Assembly: GCA_043822925.1 (NCBI GenBank)
Contig: JBDRBF010000038.1
Span: 1-39,838, forward strand
DNA: 39,838 nt
Reading direction: 5' to 3'
Source of the DNA: a bacterium
GTDB taxonomy: Bacteria; Babelota; Babeliae; Babelales; RVW-14
A program made the translations under genes and the position numbers. Below the pieces are notes generated by a model that saw only the letters and a list, made by a program, of their open reading frames with translations, did not search any database and was not told the origin of the DNA. This document shows, piece by piece, positions 10,263 through 19,016 of the stretch. Position 1 is the first letter of the stretch, and each line of letters starts with the position of its first letter.

Positions 10263-11417
10263 CTATTTTTTGCACACACTATTACCAAAAATTTTTGTAT
10301 AAAATTGCTCAAGCTGAGCCAGTTTTGTATCTTGTAAAAAATTATTGCACACATACGCATATGCGTTTTCACCAAGTTCTTTGGCACGCGCCTGATTATC
10401 AAGCAAATATTCTATCTTTTCAACCAGATCATCACCATTATTATTCTCAAATAATAAACCCGTCTTTTCATGAATAATAATAGTCTGGGCGCCTGTCTTA
10501 TCAGCACAAATTACAGGCTTGCCCATAAGCATCGCTTCTAAACTCACAATCCCAAGAGCTTCTCGCTTGCTTGGCAACGCATGCATATCTGAATTATACA
10601 GTATCGCCGGTGTATCGTCAGTAAATCCAACATAATAAACATAATCTTGAAGCTTCAAATCACAAACAAACTTTTCGAGGATCTTTTTTCGCCGCCCCTG
10701 ACCGACCAATATTAACTGCACAGGCTTATTTTTTTCATACACAAGTTTATGTAACGCTCGAACCAGAAGTACGTGATTTTTATTGGTATTAAAACAAGCT
10801 ATCGTACAAATTATAGGCACATTTTTTATAGCAATATTATATTTTGTCTTAAAAAAATCTTGTCTCGTTTGCCCGCTTTTAGGCACAAAATCCAAAAACT
10901 TACGTTCATCAAAAAACGGCAAAATCATAGCAACATTTTTTAAGCCACATTTGCCTAACGCCTCAACAAGAAAACTACTCACCCCAATAACGCCGCCCAA
11001 CCAACGATACCGACCACAAGAAGTCACAGCCGTATGCCGCGTATGCACGACTTTTACTGGCAAAAAACGCGCAACCATCTTGCACGCCCATAACTCGCGT
11101 GAAAGATTACTATGTATAATTTGTATATTTTTCTCTTTTACCATCCCATACAAATAAAAAAAGAATTTTATATGCGCAAGCCAGGAAATAACCGGCAATT
11201 TAAAATATGGGTATACGTTCGTCGTCAAATAAGATAACCCAAGCGCATCAAGCTTTTGCCTAATTTTACTTTTCTCAGGTATTAATAACGTCACGTCATA
11301 ATCACGTGAACCAAGCAAAGCCTGATACTGGCCAATATTATGCACGGCCATGCCCCCAAAGCCATCACACATATTTAATAAAAGTACCCGTTTTTTATGA
11401 TTTATCATGTCTATCAA
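10263..11417 (-). CDS. Glycosyltransferase family 4
   Basis: GGMAVH, KNH..L, PSKREALGIVSLEAMLMGKPVI (EX7E), TGLLF. Confidence 0.93.
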   Translation of the reverse strand: MIDMINHKKRVLLLNMCDGFGGMAVHNIGQYQALLGSRDYDVTLLIPEKSKIRQKLDALGLSYLTTNVYPYFKLPVISWLAHIKFFFYLYGMVKEKNIQIIHSNLSRELWACKMVARFLPVKVVHTRHTAVTSCGRYRWLGGVIGVSSFLVEALGKCGLKNVAMILPFFDERKFLDFVPKSGQTRQDFFKTKYNIAIKNVPIICTIACFNTNKNHVLLVRALHKLVYEKNKPVQLILVGQGRRKKILEKFVCDLKLQDYVYYVGFTDDTPAILYNSDMHALPSKREALGIVSLEAMLMGKPVICADKTGAQTIIIHEKTGLLFENNNGDDLVEKIEYLLDNQARAKELGENAYAYVCNNFLQDTKLAQLEQFYTKIFGNSVCKK

Positions 11418-11439
11418 GCCCTAATAAAATACGTAAGAT

Positions 11440-11706
11440 TCAAAACAAATCTGCGTGTTTCCCAGTTCTAATTAATATAATTTCTGTTTTTGTTTTTTTA
11501 TAAATCAATAACCAATTAGGTTCAATATGGCATTCCCAATAATCCCTAAATTCACCCTTGAGTTTGTGATTGCGATTTTTTGGAGGCAACGGCTTCTGAT
11601 TCAACAAAAGCTCAATAATAACTTTAAGCTCCCCCATATCTTTACCACGCTTAACAGACATCACAACGTCTTTATTAGATTGCCGTCGATAAATAGGCGC
11701 CAGCAT
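11440..11706 (-). CDS. yafQ: YafQ-family (RelE superfamily) mRNA interferase toxin
   Basis: NHKLKGEF..WECHIEPNWLLIY..RTGKHADLF. Confidence 0.93.
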   Translation of the reverse strand: MLAPIYRRQSNKDVVMSVKRGKDMGELKVIIELLLNQKPLPPKNRNHKLKGEFRDYWECHIEPNWLLIYKKTKTEIILIRTGKHADLF

Positions 11707-11958
11707 TTAGATACCCAATTTTTTAAATAGATCTTTAGCATCTTTAGCTTTTATAAGCCCCTTTTTATTTTCAGTATCTTTGATAGCTCGCAAGGTTTTT
11801 TTATTTGGTTTTTTTGATTTTAATAAATTCTTTTCTATTGATTCAATAACTATTTCTCGCATACTCTTACCAAGAAAATCAGCCATATCCTTAAGCTTCT
11901 TATGGCATTCTTTTGGAATATCTATTGTTATACGAGACAAATCTCTTTTTCCAATCAT
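11707..11958 (-). CDS. Antitoxin (RHH N-terminus, DinJ-like C-terminus)
   Basis: RITIDIPKECHKKLK..SMREIV ribbon-helix-helix; PNKKTLRAIKD..DLFKKLGI; abuts the toxin start. Confidence 0.85.
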   Translation of the reverse strand: MIGKRDLSRITIDIPKECHKKLKDMADFLGKSMREIVIESIEKNLLKSKKPNKKTLRAIKDTENKKGLIKAKDAKDLFKKLGI

Positions 11959-11985
11959 CAGGTTCTCCTCTTACACATTTTTTAT

Positions 11986-12003
11986 ATTGCTAAATCTAAC
12001 AAT
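11986..12003. promoter_or_regulatory. Putative TA autoregulatory operator
   Basis: Imperfect palindrome ATTGCTAAATCTAACAAT between a minus-strand TG-n-TATATT -10 element (about 12008-12016) and the antitoxin SD. Confidence 0.4.
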
Positions 12004-12122
12004 TTAAATAATACCACAAAGACAAAAGCTCAGTCTATTCCATAGTTTTTTCGATAAAACGTCATAAAATAAACGTTTAGCCTCTTTTTATGAAAACATA
12101 CTAAAATTTTTTACAATAAAAA

Positions 12123-12151
12123 TTGACACCCTGAATTATACGTGCTAGTTT
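12123..12151 (+). promoter_or_regulatory. Sigma70-type promoter for the His-tail ORF/orphan/racemase operon
   Basis: TTGACA - 17 bp - TAGTTT with extended -10 TG. Confidence 0.65.
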
Positions 12152-12251
12152 AAGCGTATATTCATGTAAAATATGTTTACCGAATTTTGTGCCAGTATGC
12201 ATAAAACCATATTTTACCAGGACTAGTTAACGATACGAAGGGAAAAACGCC

Positions 12252-12464
12252 ATGCTTATACAAAAGCAAATGCAGCCAGACGCTTACACAAGCGATCTTT
12301 TATGCACGTTCTTGCGCTTTGCAGCATGCCTCACGCAGCAATTTTTTGCCGTTCTTTCTGTTTTATCTCTCAAATCTTCTGTAATTTCTCAAGCCTCAGC
12401 TATTACTATCAAAAATAATCTTTCTATTCATCGACATCATCACCATCATCATATATCCCATTAA
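12252..12464 (+). CDS. Small ORF with C-terminal poly-His (leader peptide, precursor or metal-binding peptide)
   Basis: GAAGGGA SD, 70 aa ending HRHHHHHHISH-stop; downstream of a good promoter. Confidence 0.55.
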   Translation: MLIQKQMQPDAYTSDLLCTFLRFAACLTQQFFAVLSVLSLKSSVISQASAITIKNNLSIHRHHHHHHISH

Positions 12465-12636
12465 TTTTGCCCCATTAATTTGGGCCTAATATATCCGGGA
12501 AAATAACCAATTTCTTAGTACTATATCTAGTTTTAGTTTACGTTTTTTGCACATTTATACGTTTTTAAACGCATTTTTTTGCGCACAAAAAAACACGCAC
12601 GATTTTATTCGTGTGTTTTAAAAAGAAAGATAAACC

Positions 12637-13668
12637 ATGTTTATATTTAAAAATATAACAAAAGTACTTTTTATACTTCTGGGCCTCTTATTTTTGCAAC
12701 AAGCTCAAGCAACACAGAAAGTAACCGTAGATTTTATAAATAACACACAATTCAAGCTCACAGGAGAATCAAAAAAAACGCTATTACCATCATGCAACCT
12801 CCAAGCAAAACAAACAATAAGCAACCTATGCGACCAAATACAAAAGCTTAAAAAGTCTGACCCTCAAATAATAATATGGTACTCAGGACAAGAGGGTCTT
12901 TCTCAACGATGCTCAGACTTTTATAAAGAAAATCTTTTCAAACCAATACAAAAAAATTACAAGCAAGACCAATTTTGCATCTACCCATATGATCTAAGTG
13001 CTTGGAAGGGCCTATCAAAAACAAATATTTCACTTACCAAGACATACTGCAATCGAGAATCAGACATAAACATAACGCCAGTTTTTTCATGTGATTTTTT
13101 TAAATATCTAGAAAAAGCTCAAGACACAGAACTCGAAACACTTCAGGAAATTCTCAAACAAGAGTTTATTTGGCAAAAAAGTACAAAATCGCCTAAAAAC
13201 ACAATAACGCTCAGAGATCTTCAAGAACCATACTCGCCCAAAAGCTTGCAAGACTTACAAGATATAGACACGGCAAAAATCTATTCTGCCCTCCAATATC
13301 TGGAAGGCTTATGGCTCACAAAAACAATACTCAAAAAAAATCTTAACTTTGCCGACAGATCTCAGGAATCTGACGATACGCCCGAGATTAACATTATTTT
13401 TTTACTTCCTAACGACGAACTTGAGTACTATCAATCAAAATTAGAAAATACTATCTCATTCAAATATGACCTAAACAAACTCATAAGCTCTGACACAGAA
13501 CTAAAAAATCAAGATTTCAACCTCACCATTTCATTTCAAAACTTTAGCTACGCATACAGATACACGAAAAGCACAACAACGAATAACCCTTTTTCTCTTA
13601 GACCATACGTACTTTATTCGGGAGAAAAAATAATAGTAACGCCTAAACAAAACCTGGATTTATTATGA
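12637..13668 (+). CDS. Hypothetical protein, possible class Ic aaRS/CDPS-like Rossmann fold, signal-like N-terminus
   Basis: 343-aa ORF; motifs WYSG, YDLSAW, YSALQYLE, LPNDE; ATGA overlap with the racemase. CDS is confident, fold is inference. Confidence 0.7.
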   Translation: MFIFKNITKVLFILLGLLFLQQAQATQKVTVDFINNTQFKLTGESKKTLLPSCNLQAKQTISNLCDQIQKLKKSDPQIIIWYSGQEGLSQRCSDFYKENLFKPIQKNYKQDQFCIYPYDLSAWKGLSKTNISLTKTYCNRESDINITPVFSCDFFKYLEKAQDTELETLQEILKQEFIWQKSTKSPKNTITLRDLQEPYSPKSLQDLQDIDTAKIYSALQYLEGLWLTKTILKKNLNFADRSQESDDTPEINIIFLLPNDELEYYQSKLENTISFKYDLNKLISSDTELKNQDFNLTISFQNFSYAYRYTKSTTTNNPFSLRPYVLYSGEKIIVTPKQNLDLL

Positions 13669-14426
13669 AAAAAATAGGAATCATAGGAGGTGCTGGACCA
13701 GCCGCCAGCGCCCTGCTCTACAAAAAAATAATACAAAGCTGTCAGCAAAATTTTAATTGCTCACGCGATAGCGATTTTCCTGAAATTATACTTATTAACT
13801 ACCCATTTAGTGAGATGCTTTCTGAAAAACATGCTCAAAAATACAAATTTAAAATTCAAAAAGAGCTCCAGTATTGTTTTGATAAACTTAATAGTTACAA
13901 TGCTGACATAACAATTATCGCTTGTAACACACTGCACACATTTTTAGGCAAAATAAATATCGGCAACCTAGAATTAATAGATCTTGCCCAAACAACACTT
14001 AAGTATGCAACACAGCAAAAATTAAAAAAAATATTAATTCTGGGAACAGAGCAAACCGTCCAAACAGGTTTATATACAAATAAAACACTCACATGTGCCC
14101 CCGTTAACTCAGAACAACAAAAAATAGTTTCGGTAATAATCGACAATATTCTTACGGGTGAATTAAAAACGCAAGACGCATTAACACTCACAACTATTAT
14201 TGCCCAGGCAATAACAAACAACAAAGCTGCCCAACCAGAAACAGGGCAAAAAACAAACACACGCTTTGACGGAGTCATACTCGGTTGCACAGAACTATCA
14301 GTTCTTATCGAACAATACACACTCGAGTTACCAGAACAAACACAAAAAAAAATAACAATATTAGATCCACTAGAAATAGTTACTGAAAAACTAACCCAAA
14401 AACTTTACAACATGCGTAAAAAATAA
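13665..14426 (+). CDS. Aspartate/glutamate racemase family amino-acid racemase (RacX/YgeA-like)
   Basis: KIGIIGGAGPAAS, IACNT (C87), ILGT, LGCTEL (C208): both catalytic cysteines present. Confidence 0.93.
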   Translation: MKKIGIIGGAGPAASALLYKKIIQSCQQNFNCSRDSDFPEIILINYPFSEMLSEKHAQKYKFKIQKELQYCFDKLNSYNADITIIACNTLHTFLGKINIGNLELIDLAQTTLKYATQQKLKKILILGTEQTVQTGLYTNKTLTCAPVNSEQQKIVSVIIDNILTGELKTQDALTLTTIIAQAITNNKAAQPETGQKTNTRFDGVILGCTELSVLIEQYTLELPEQTQKKITILDPLEIVTEKLTQKLYNMRKK

Positions 14427-14439
14427 AAGATACTAAAAA

Positions 14440-14475
14440 AAGAGCGAGCCAAACTACAAAATCTGGCTCGCTCTT
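14440..14475. terminator. Bidirectional intrinsic terminator
   Basis: AAGAGCGAGCCA / TGGCTCGCTCTT inverted repeat between convergent ORFs. Confidence 0.8.
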
Positions 14476-14499
14476 AAATTATAAACTTTAAATTTATTT

Positions 14500-15030
14500 T
14501 TAAATTGTTACTGCCATAAATGGCGCAATATGCCGCTGTAATCCAACGGGCAAATTCGTAAGAGCACTTCTGCTTGCACTTATATATCCTGTAAAAAGTT
14601 GGTCATTATCACCAGGACTCCATACAATACCAGTTTTCCAACCTTGCTTAGAATGCTTACACCAATAAAACTTTCCGTTACGCTTTATACGAGCACAATA
14701 TTCGTCGTTAACCAAAACAACCGTAACATCAGTCACTCTTTTATCTTCAGGCAACACAATTGTATCAATCAAAAAAACCTGAACATACGGGACTTCTTTA
14801 TACTGATGCCGGTCCACCTTAAGTGGATGGAAAAAGAAACTTTTTGCTAAAAGCTCATCGAAGTACACGGTTGTTTTTATCATCTTAATATGGTGAATAG
14901 CTGAAAAGAGAGAACATGAAACAAGAGCGGGCAACGTCTTGCCAGCAAAATCAAGAACCCTAAGCTGAGCTGTATTTAATAGAACGACAGGCTTGTTTTC
15001 TATTTTCTTATCACTAACCAAGGCAGCCAA
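14500..15030 (-). CDS. Hypothetical protein (start uncertain, possibly a truncated remnant)
   Basis: 176-aa ORF ending next to the terminator; TTG start with an in-frame TGA three codons upstream and no clear SD. Confidence 0.45.
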   Translation of the reverse strand: MAALVSDKKIENKPVVLLNTAQLRVLDFAGKTLPALVSCSLFSAIHHIKMIKTTVYFDELLAKSFFFHPLKVDRHQYKEVPYVQVFLIDTIVLPEDKRVTDVTVVLVNDEYCARIKRNGKFYWCKHSKQGWKTGIVWSPGDNDQLFTGYISASRSALTNLPVGLQRHIAPFMAVTI

Positions 15031-15182
15031 AGCATATCAAGCAACGATTTTAAGGGCATAAAAAAATTTCAAGAAACAGTCGGCGCCAAATTTATTCAGG
15101 GGATAGTACAGTACACAGGCGATACACCATAAGGGGGTTCTTTAGGTGATTCTTTTATTATCTTATTACTTGGAGGTCTGCT

Positions 15183-16064
15183 ATGAAAAAGCAATTACGT
15201 ACTCTTCTTTTGGCCTGTAGCCTGCCGCTTATGCTGGCAATATCAAATACACCGTCGCTTTACTCTGCAAAAAACACTGAATTCAAAGAGACAATCAAGA
15301 AAACAATCAAACAAGCAATAGATACAGCACAAATAAAAGCAAAACTTTTAAGCGATAAAACCAAAAAGTTTATTGCTCAACATAAAAAAGCAATCACCAT
15401 AACTTTAATCGCCCTCTCTCCACTAGCGGCCTATTTCACTTATAAAGGCGCTGCACACTTATTTGGCCAAAAATCTGATCCAAACGCGCCTTGTGAAAAT
15501 GTATGTGGTTACAAGAATGGCAAACCATATGATCGTTGCACAAAATTTGATTTTTATAAAGAAGGAATAGACGCTACTTCGTTGTTAAAAGATACTAAAT
15601 GCACCACCAACACTAAACCAACCACCTGCTATGAATACGACATACAAAAAAATAACGAATTAAAAGCTCAACAAGACGAAGCCTTAAATCAAATTATAAA
15701 AACATGTCAATCAAGCAAAACAACATGCGAAAAAAATTTTGATAAACACATCGAGAATGTTTCCAATAGTTATTGTCCCAATGCATTGGATTCTAACTAT
15801 GTGTGGAATCAAACAAACAATATGAAAACCAATATAAAAAATCTTGAAAAAATCAAAAATAACATGCTCAACATTGAAAAATGCTCAGAGCAAGCCTGCA
15901 AAAATAGCCAAAACGACGAACTCTGCTACTGCTTAAATAACACAGGCGCACCTGTTACATGGAGAAAACACAAAGAAGCCTCTTATAACTGCAAAAACGA
16001 ATGTTCAAAAGCAACCACCAACGCTAGGAACTGTTATAACAATTGCGAGACACAATACAAGTAA
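15183..16064 (+). CDS. Secreted/membrane-anchored Cys-rich protein
   Basis: GGAGG SD, signal peptide, second hydrophobic segment, 16 Cys in the C-terminal domain. Confidence 0.85.
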   Translation: MKKQLRTLLLACSLPLMLAISNTPSLYSAKNTEFKETIKKTIKQAIDTAQIKAKLLSDKTKKFIAQHKKAITITLIALSPLAAYFTYKGAAHLFGQKSDPNAPCENVCGYKNGKPYDRCTKFDFYKEGIDATSLLKDTKCTTNTKPTTCYEYDIQKNNELKAQQDEALNQIIKTCQSSKTTCEKNFDKHIENVSNSYCPNALDSNYVWNQTNNMKTNIKNLEKIKNNMLNIEKCSEQACKNSQNDELCYCLNNTGAPVTWRKHKEASYNCKNECSKATTNARNCYNNCETQYK

Positions 16065-16076
16065 ATAATTCATTCT

Positions 16077-16117
16077 GATCGGATATGAATGAGCTAGACG
16101 CTCAATCATATCCGATC
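16077..16117 (+). terminator. Stem-loop, probable terminator
   Basis: GATCGGATATGA-A-TGAGC / GCTCA-A-TCATATCCGATC followed by TTGCTTTTT. Confidence 0.65.
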
Positions 16118-16210
16118 TTGCTTTTTAAATACTCACACCGCTACAGGTTTCTTAATTCGCCTCTTTAAAAGCGCAGAATATGCGCTTTTTTTTATTAACA
16201 CATACTTTCT

Positions 16211-16239
16211 TTGACACACATGCGTATTTTATTTATCGT
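16211..16239 (+). promoter_or_regulatory. Sigma70-type promoter for the phospholipase gene
   Basis: TTGACA - 17 bp - TATCGT; supports a start at 16312 rather than 16180. Confidence 0.5.
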
Positions 16240-16311
16240 AAATTAAGCAAAAAACACGCCAGAGAGAAACACGACATAAGCCTGCCCCTTTATAAAAAAA
16301 GAGAGTTAGTT

Positions 16312-17886
16312 ATGTCTATTTCAAACGCAATATCTCAAAAAATTCGTATTCTAAACTTCTTTACACCCAAAATATTGCTTATTTTTCTTACTATTTTCAC
16401 CTTCACGCTTTCTTGCGTATACGGACATATCGGCCAAGAAGAACGCGAATACTTAAACAAACGCAAAGACCTAGTAGCTCAAGCACAAAACCAATACACA
16501 GGCTGCCAATTACAAACACATCCAAAAATTGCTTTTTGTTTCAGTGGTGGTGGCAGCAGGTCTCAAACATGCAGCCTTGGATTCTTACTTGGCGCGGCAA
16601 AAACAGGCCTACAAGAAACAGCAACACACATGGCAGCACTATCAGGTTCAACCTGGAACCTCATCCCCCTCATGACCAGACAAAGCCTCCAAAAAGAAAG
16701 CCTCCTCGATTACAGAACAAATCTACAAAAACGGCTTGAAGCTAAGTATCTTAAAAATCTTAATTTAAAAGAAATATTAAAAAAACTAGCCGTCAAACTC
16801 GCTACCTATGGCACAGTAGAAACTGCCGATATCTGGGGAGCGCTTCTAGCTAATAGATTTATGGGAGACCTAACCCAAGCCGGCCAAACCTATACGCTGG
16901 CATCAATACGAGACCTATTAAACAATACAGATAATCTCCCATTTCCCATCTTTACCGCAATAGTAAAAGACACATTCGATATAATCGGCGAATATGAATG
17001 GTTTGAAATAAACCCTTTTGTTTCTGGATGCCATGACTGGAACCATTTCATCCCAACAGAATCCCTTGGCAGCTATTTTGAAAACAGCAACCTTCTGAAT
17101 AAACGCCCAGAAGAAAGCCTCGGTTTTTTAATGGGAATTTTTGGAAGCCCCTACGATTTAAATATCGGCGACCTGTTCAGACAACTAACCCAATTAATCC
17201 CAGAAACGTTTAAGTACAAATATCTCCTGCTTGGCATTCTAGATCATCTGATAAAAAAATATCACCTTACCGAAACAAACTTCTTACCATCACCAATCGA
17301 TAACCCCACCTATAAATATACAGAATGCCCATACTCAAAAAAATCGATATCTCTCGCTGATGCAGGCATCGATTTTGATTTACCAATAGCTCCCCTACTT
17401 GAACGAAAAGCTGAAATTATCATCTGTTGCGACGCATCTTCAGACGCCACACACTTAGGGTTTCCTGAATTAAAAATGGCTGAACGCTACGCCCGCCTAC
17501 ATAATTACAACTTCCCATCACTCAAATACTATGACCAAATAACAAAGAACATGTTTATATTTAAATATAACGAATACAAAAGAATTACCGATCGCACGAC
17601 GCCCACTATAATTTATATAAGCAATCCAATATCTGAACCGATAACTAAAATGCAGTATTCTAAAGAAGAATTCGATACACTTTGTGATTGCATGCAAAAT
17701 ATAGTTACAAAAAACCAAAACGCTATCGCACACACAATAATAGAAAAAAGCAACCAAGAAAAGACCAACAACTCAAAACATAATTTATGGGATCAAAGAG
17801 AAATCAATACGTATCGAGAAGATACACTAGACATGGCCAAGAAACATAGAGCGTACAGAAAGAAACTCTGGTCACAAAAAGCTTAA
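16312..17886 (+). CDS. cPLA2/lysophospholipase (PLA2_B-like) catalytic domain protein with signal-like N-terminus
   Basis: FSGGGSR oxyanion loop, ALSGSTW nucleophile elbow, LPFPIFTA, WFEINPF, LADAG catalytic Asp, DAS. The ORF track starts at 16180. Confidence 0.88.
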   Translation: MSISNAISQKIRILNFFTPKILLIFLTIFTFTLSCVYGHIGQEEREYLNKRKDLVAQAQNQYTGCQLQTHPKIAFCFSGGGSRSQTCSLGFLLGAAKTGLQETATHMAALSGSTWNLIPLMTRQSLQKESLLDYRTNLQKRLEAKYLKNLNLKEILKKLAVKLATYGTVETADIWGALLANRFMGDLTQAGQTYTLASIRDLLNNTDNLPFPIFTAIVKDTFDIIGEYEWFEINPFVSGCHDWNHFIPTESLGSYFENSNLLNKRPEESLGFLMGIFGSPYDLNIGDLFRQLTQLIPETFKYKYLLLGILDHLIKKYHLTETNFLPSPIDNPTYKYTECPYSKKSISLADAGIDFDLPIAPLLERKAEIIICCDASSDATHLGFPELKMAERYARLHNYNFPSLKYYDQITKNMFIFKYNEYKRITDRTTPTIIYISNPISEPITKMQYSKEEFDTLCDCMQNIVTKNQNAIAHTIIEKSNQEKTNNSKHNLWDQREINTYREDTLDMAKKHRAYRKKLWSQKA

Positions 17887-18971
17887 AACAATATAACGCC
17901 TACGTAAAAATCGGGCATATTGTCAAACTTTTTATTCTCGTTATGTTTTTCTTTCACTCGCTCTTTCAACGCACGAGTAACAAAACCGACCTGATCTTCA
18001 TTATTATCAAGATCATCAAGCTCTCTCTTAACAATTTCAGTTACCTCTTTACTCGTTAGATAGTTCCAAAAAACCCTCGTTGCCACCACAACAAAAGTCA
18101 CATTTTTCCGAGCAATTGAAAAATATTCAGGTACAGGTGAAATCAAAAACTTCTCCCAATTACGCTCATATGCATTCTCCAAATTTTCCCAAAGAATATC
18201 ACTCAACCGACGAACTCCGCCAAAACCATGATACATTTTTCTTTCTGTATCAACAAAACAACGTGTTAATGAAAGCTTCAAATAGTCTTCACCTATTTTA
18301 ATCCCATCTTTTTCATGTACCACATAACCTAAATCATGTATGCGTTTTTGCTCTCTTTTATTTTTAAACACATGCTTCGGCGACATAATATCTTTACCTA
18401 ACCGACGGTGGCAAAATACTTGTACATCTCCAACCCACGCTATATGCACTTTTTCTCTCTCAACCACCACAACACTCGCGCAAGAACCTTCTTGCAGATG
18501 ATCTTGCTGCCCGTCCCCATGAATAATATTCCAGTCAACCGATAAAAAAATATGTTCCAATAACTTTTTACTTATCGTTTTACCAGCAGTCAAACAATCA
18601 TTAATCTTTTTATCCAAAGCCTTGCTCACTAACTCTGATATAGCATCTCTTGCAACAATATTTTCAGAATCTCTTCGCTGGAATCCATCAGTAACAACCA
18701 TATACTGAATATACGTTTGATTACTTCTCTGACAAAATTTACATATCACATGTTGATTGGTACGTTGCTCATGAGTACTAGAAGCATGCCCCATAAACAC
18801 CGATGAAATTTGCCGGACCGATTTTTCACCCTCAGCAACATCCACGCTATTCCAAGGGCACATCGTGCAAACAGTATTAACACTAAAAAAATACACACCT
18901 AAAAACATAAAAATAAATTGTTTACAAAAAAACACATTAATCCTCAAAAAAATAGGCCCAGTAAAAACCAC
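17883..18971 (-). CDS. PP2C/PPM-family phosphatase-like protein, degenerate, signal-like N-terminus
   Basis: VVTDG, GSCASVV, AWVGD, H..EQKRI, LSLTRCFVD, ISPVPE, VVATRVFW. Confidence 0.8.
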   Translation of the reverse strand: MVFTGPIFLRINVFFCKQFIFMFLGVYFFSVNTVCTMCPWNSVDVAEGEKSVRQISSVFMGHASSTHEQRTNQHVICKFCQRSNQTYIQYMVVTDGFQRRDSENIVARDAISELVSKALDKKINDCLTAGKTISKKLLEHIFLSVDWNIIHGDGQQDHLQEGSCASVVVVEREKVHIAWVGDVQVFCHRRLGKDIMSPKHVFKNKREQKRIHDLGYVVHEKDGIKIGEDYLKLSLTRCFVDTERKMYHGFGGVRRLSDILWENLENAYERNWEKFLISPVPEYFSIARKNVTFVVVATRVFWNYLTSKEVTEIVKRELDDLDNNEDQVGFVTRALKERVKEKHNENKKFDNMPDFYVGVILF

Positions 18972-19016
18972 GCCATAAAGCTCTATTAATTTTTTATTAA
19001 AAAGATCAAACCAAAA

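Noticed and set aside
10208-10402. Small ORF containing PVCRQTG and a 20-bp quasi-palindrome at about 10227-10246
   Set aside because: It overlaps the GT4 3' end out of frame; a single degenerate palindrome is insufficient to call a repeat or gene.
15031-15144. TGA read-through extending ORF 14500-15030 (recoding)
   Set aside because: The upstream frame has no convincing start or SD, RF2 is intact, and TGA ends several genuine genes in the window.
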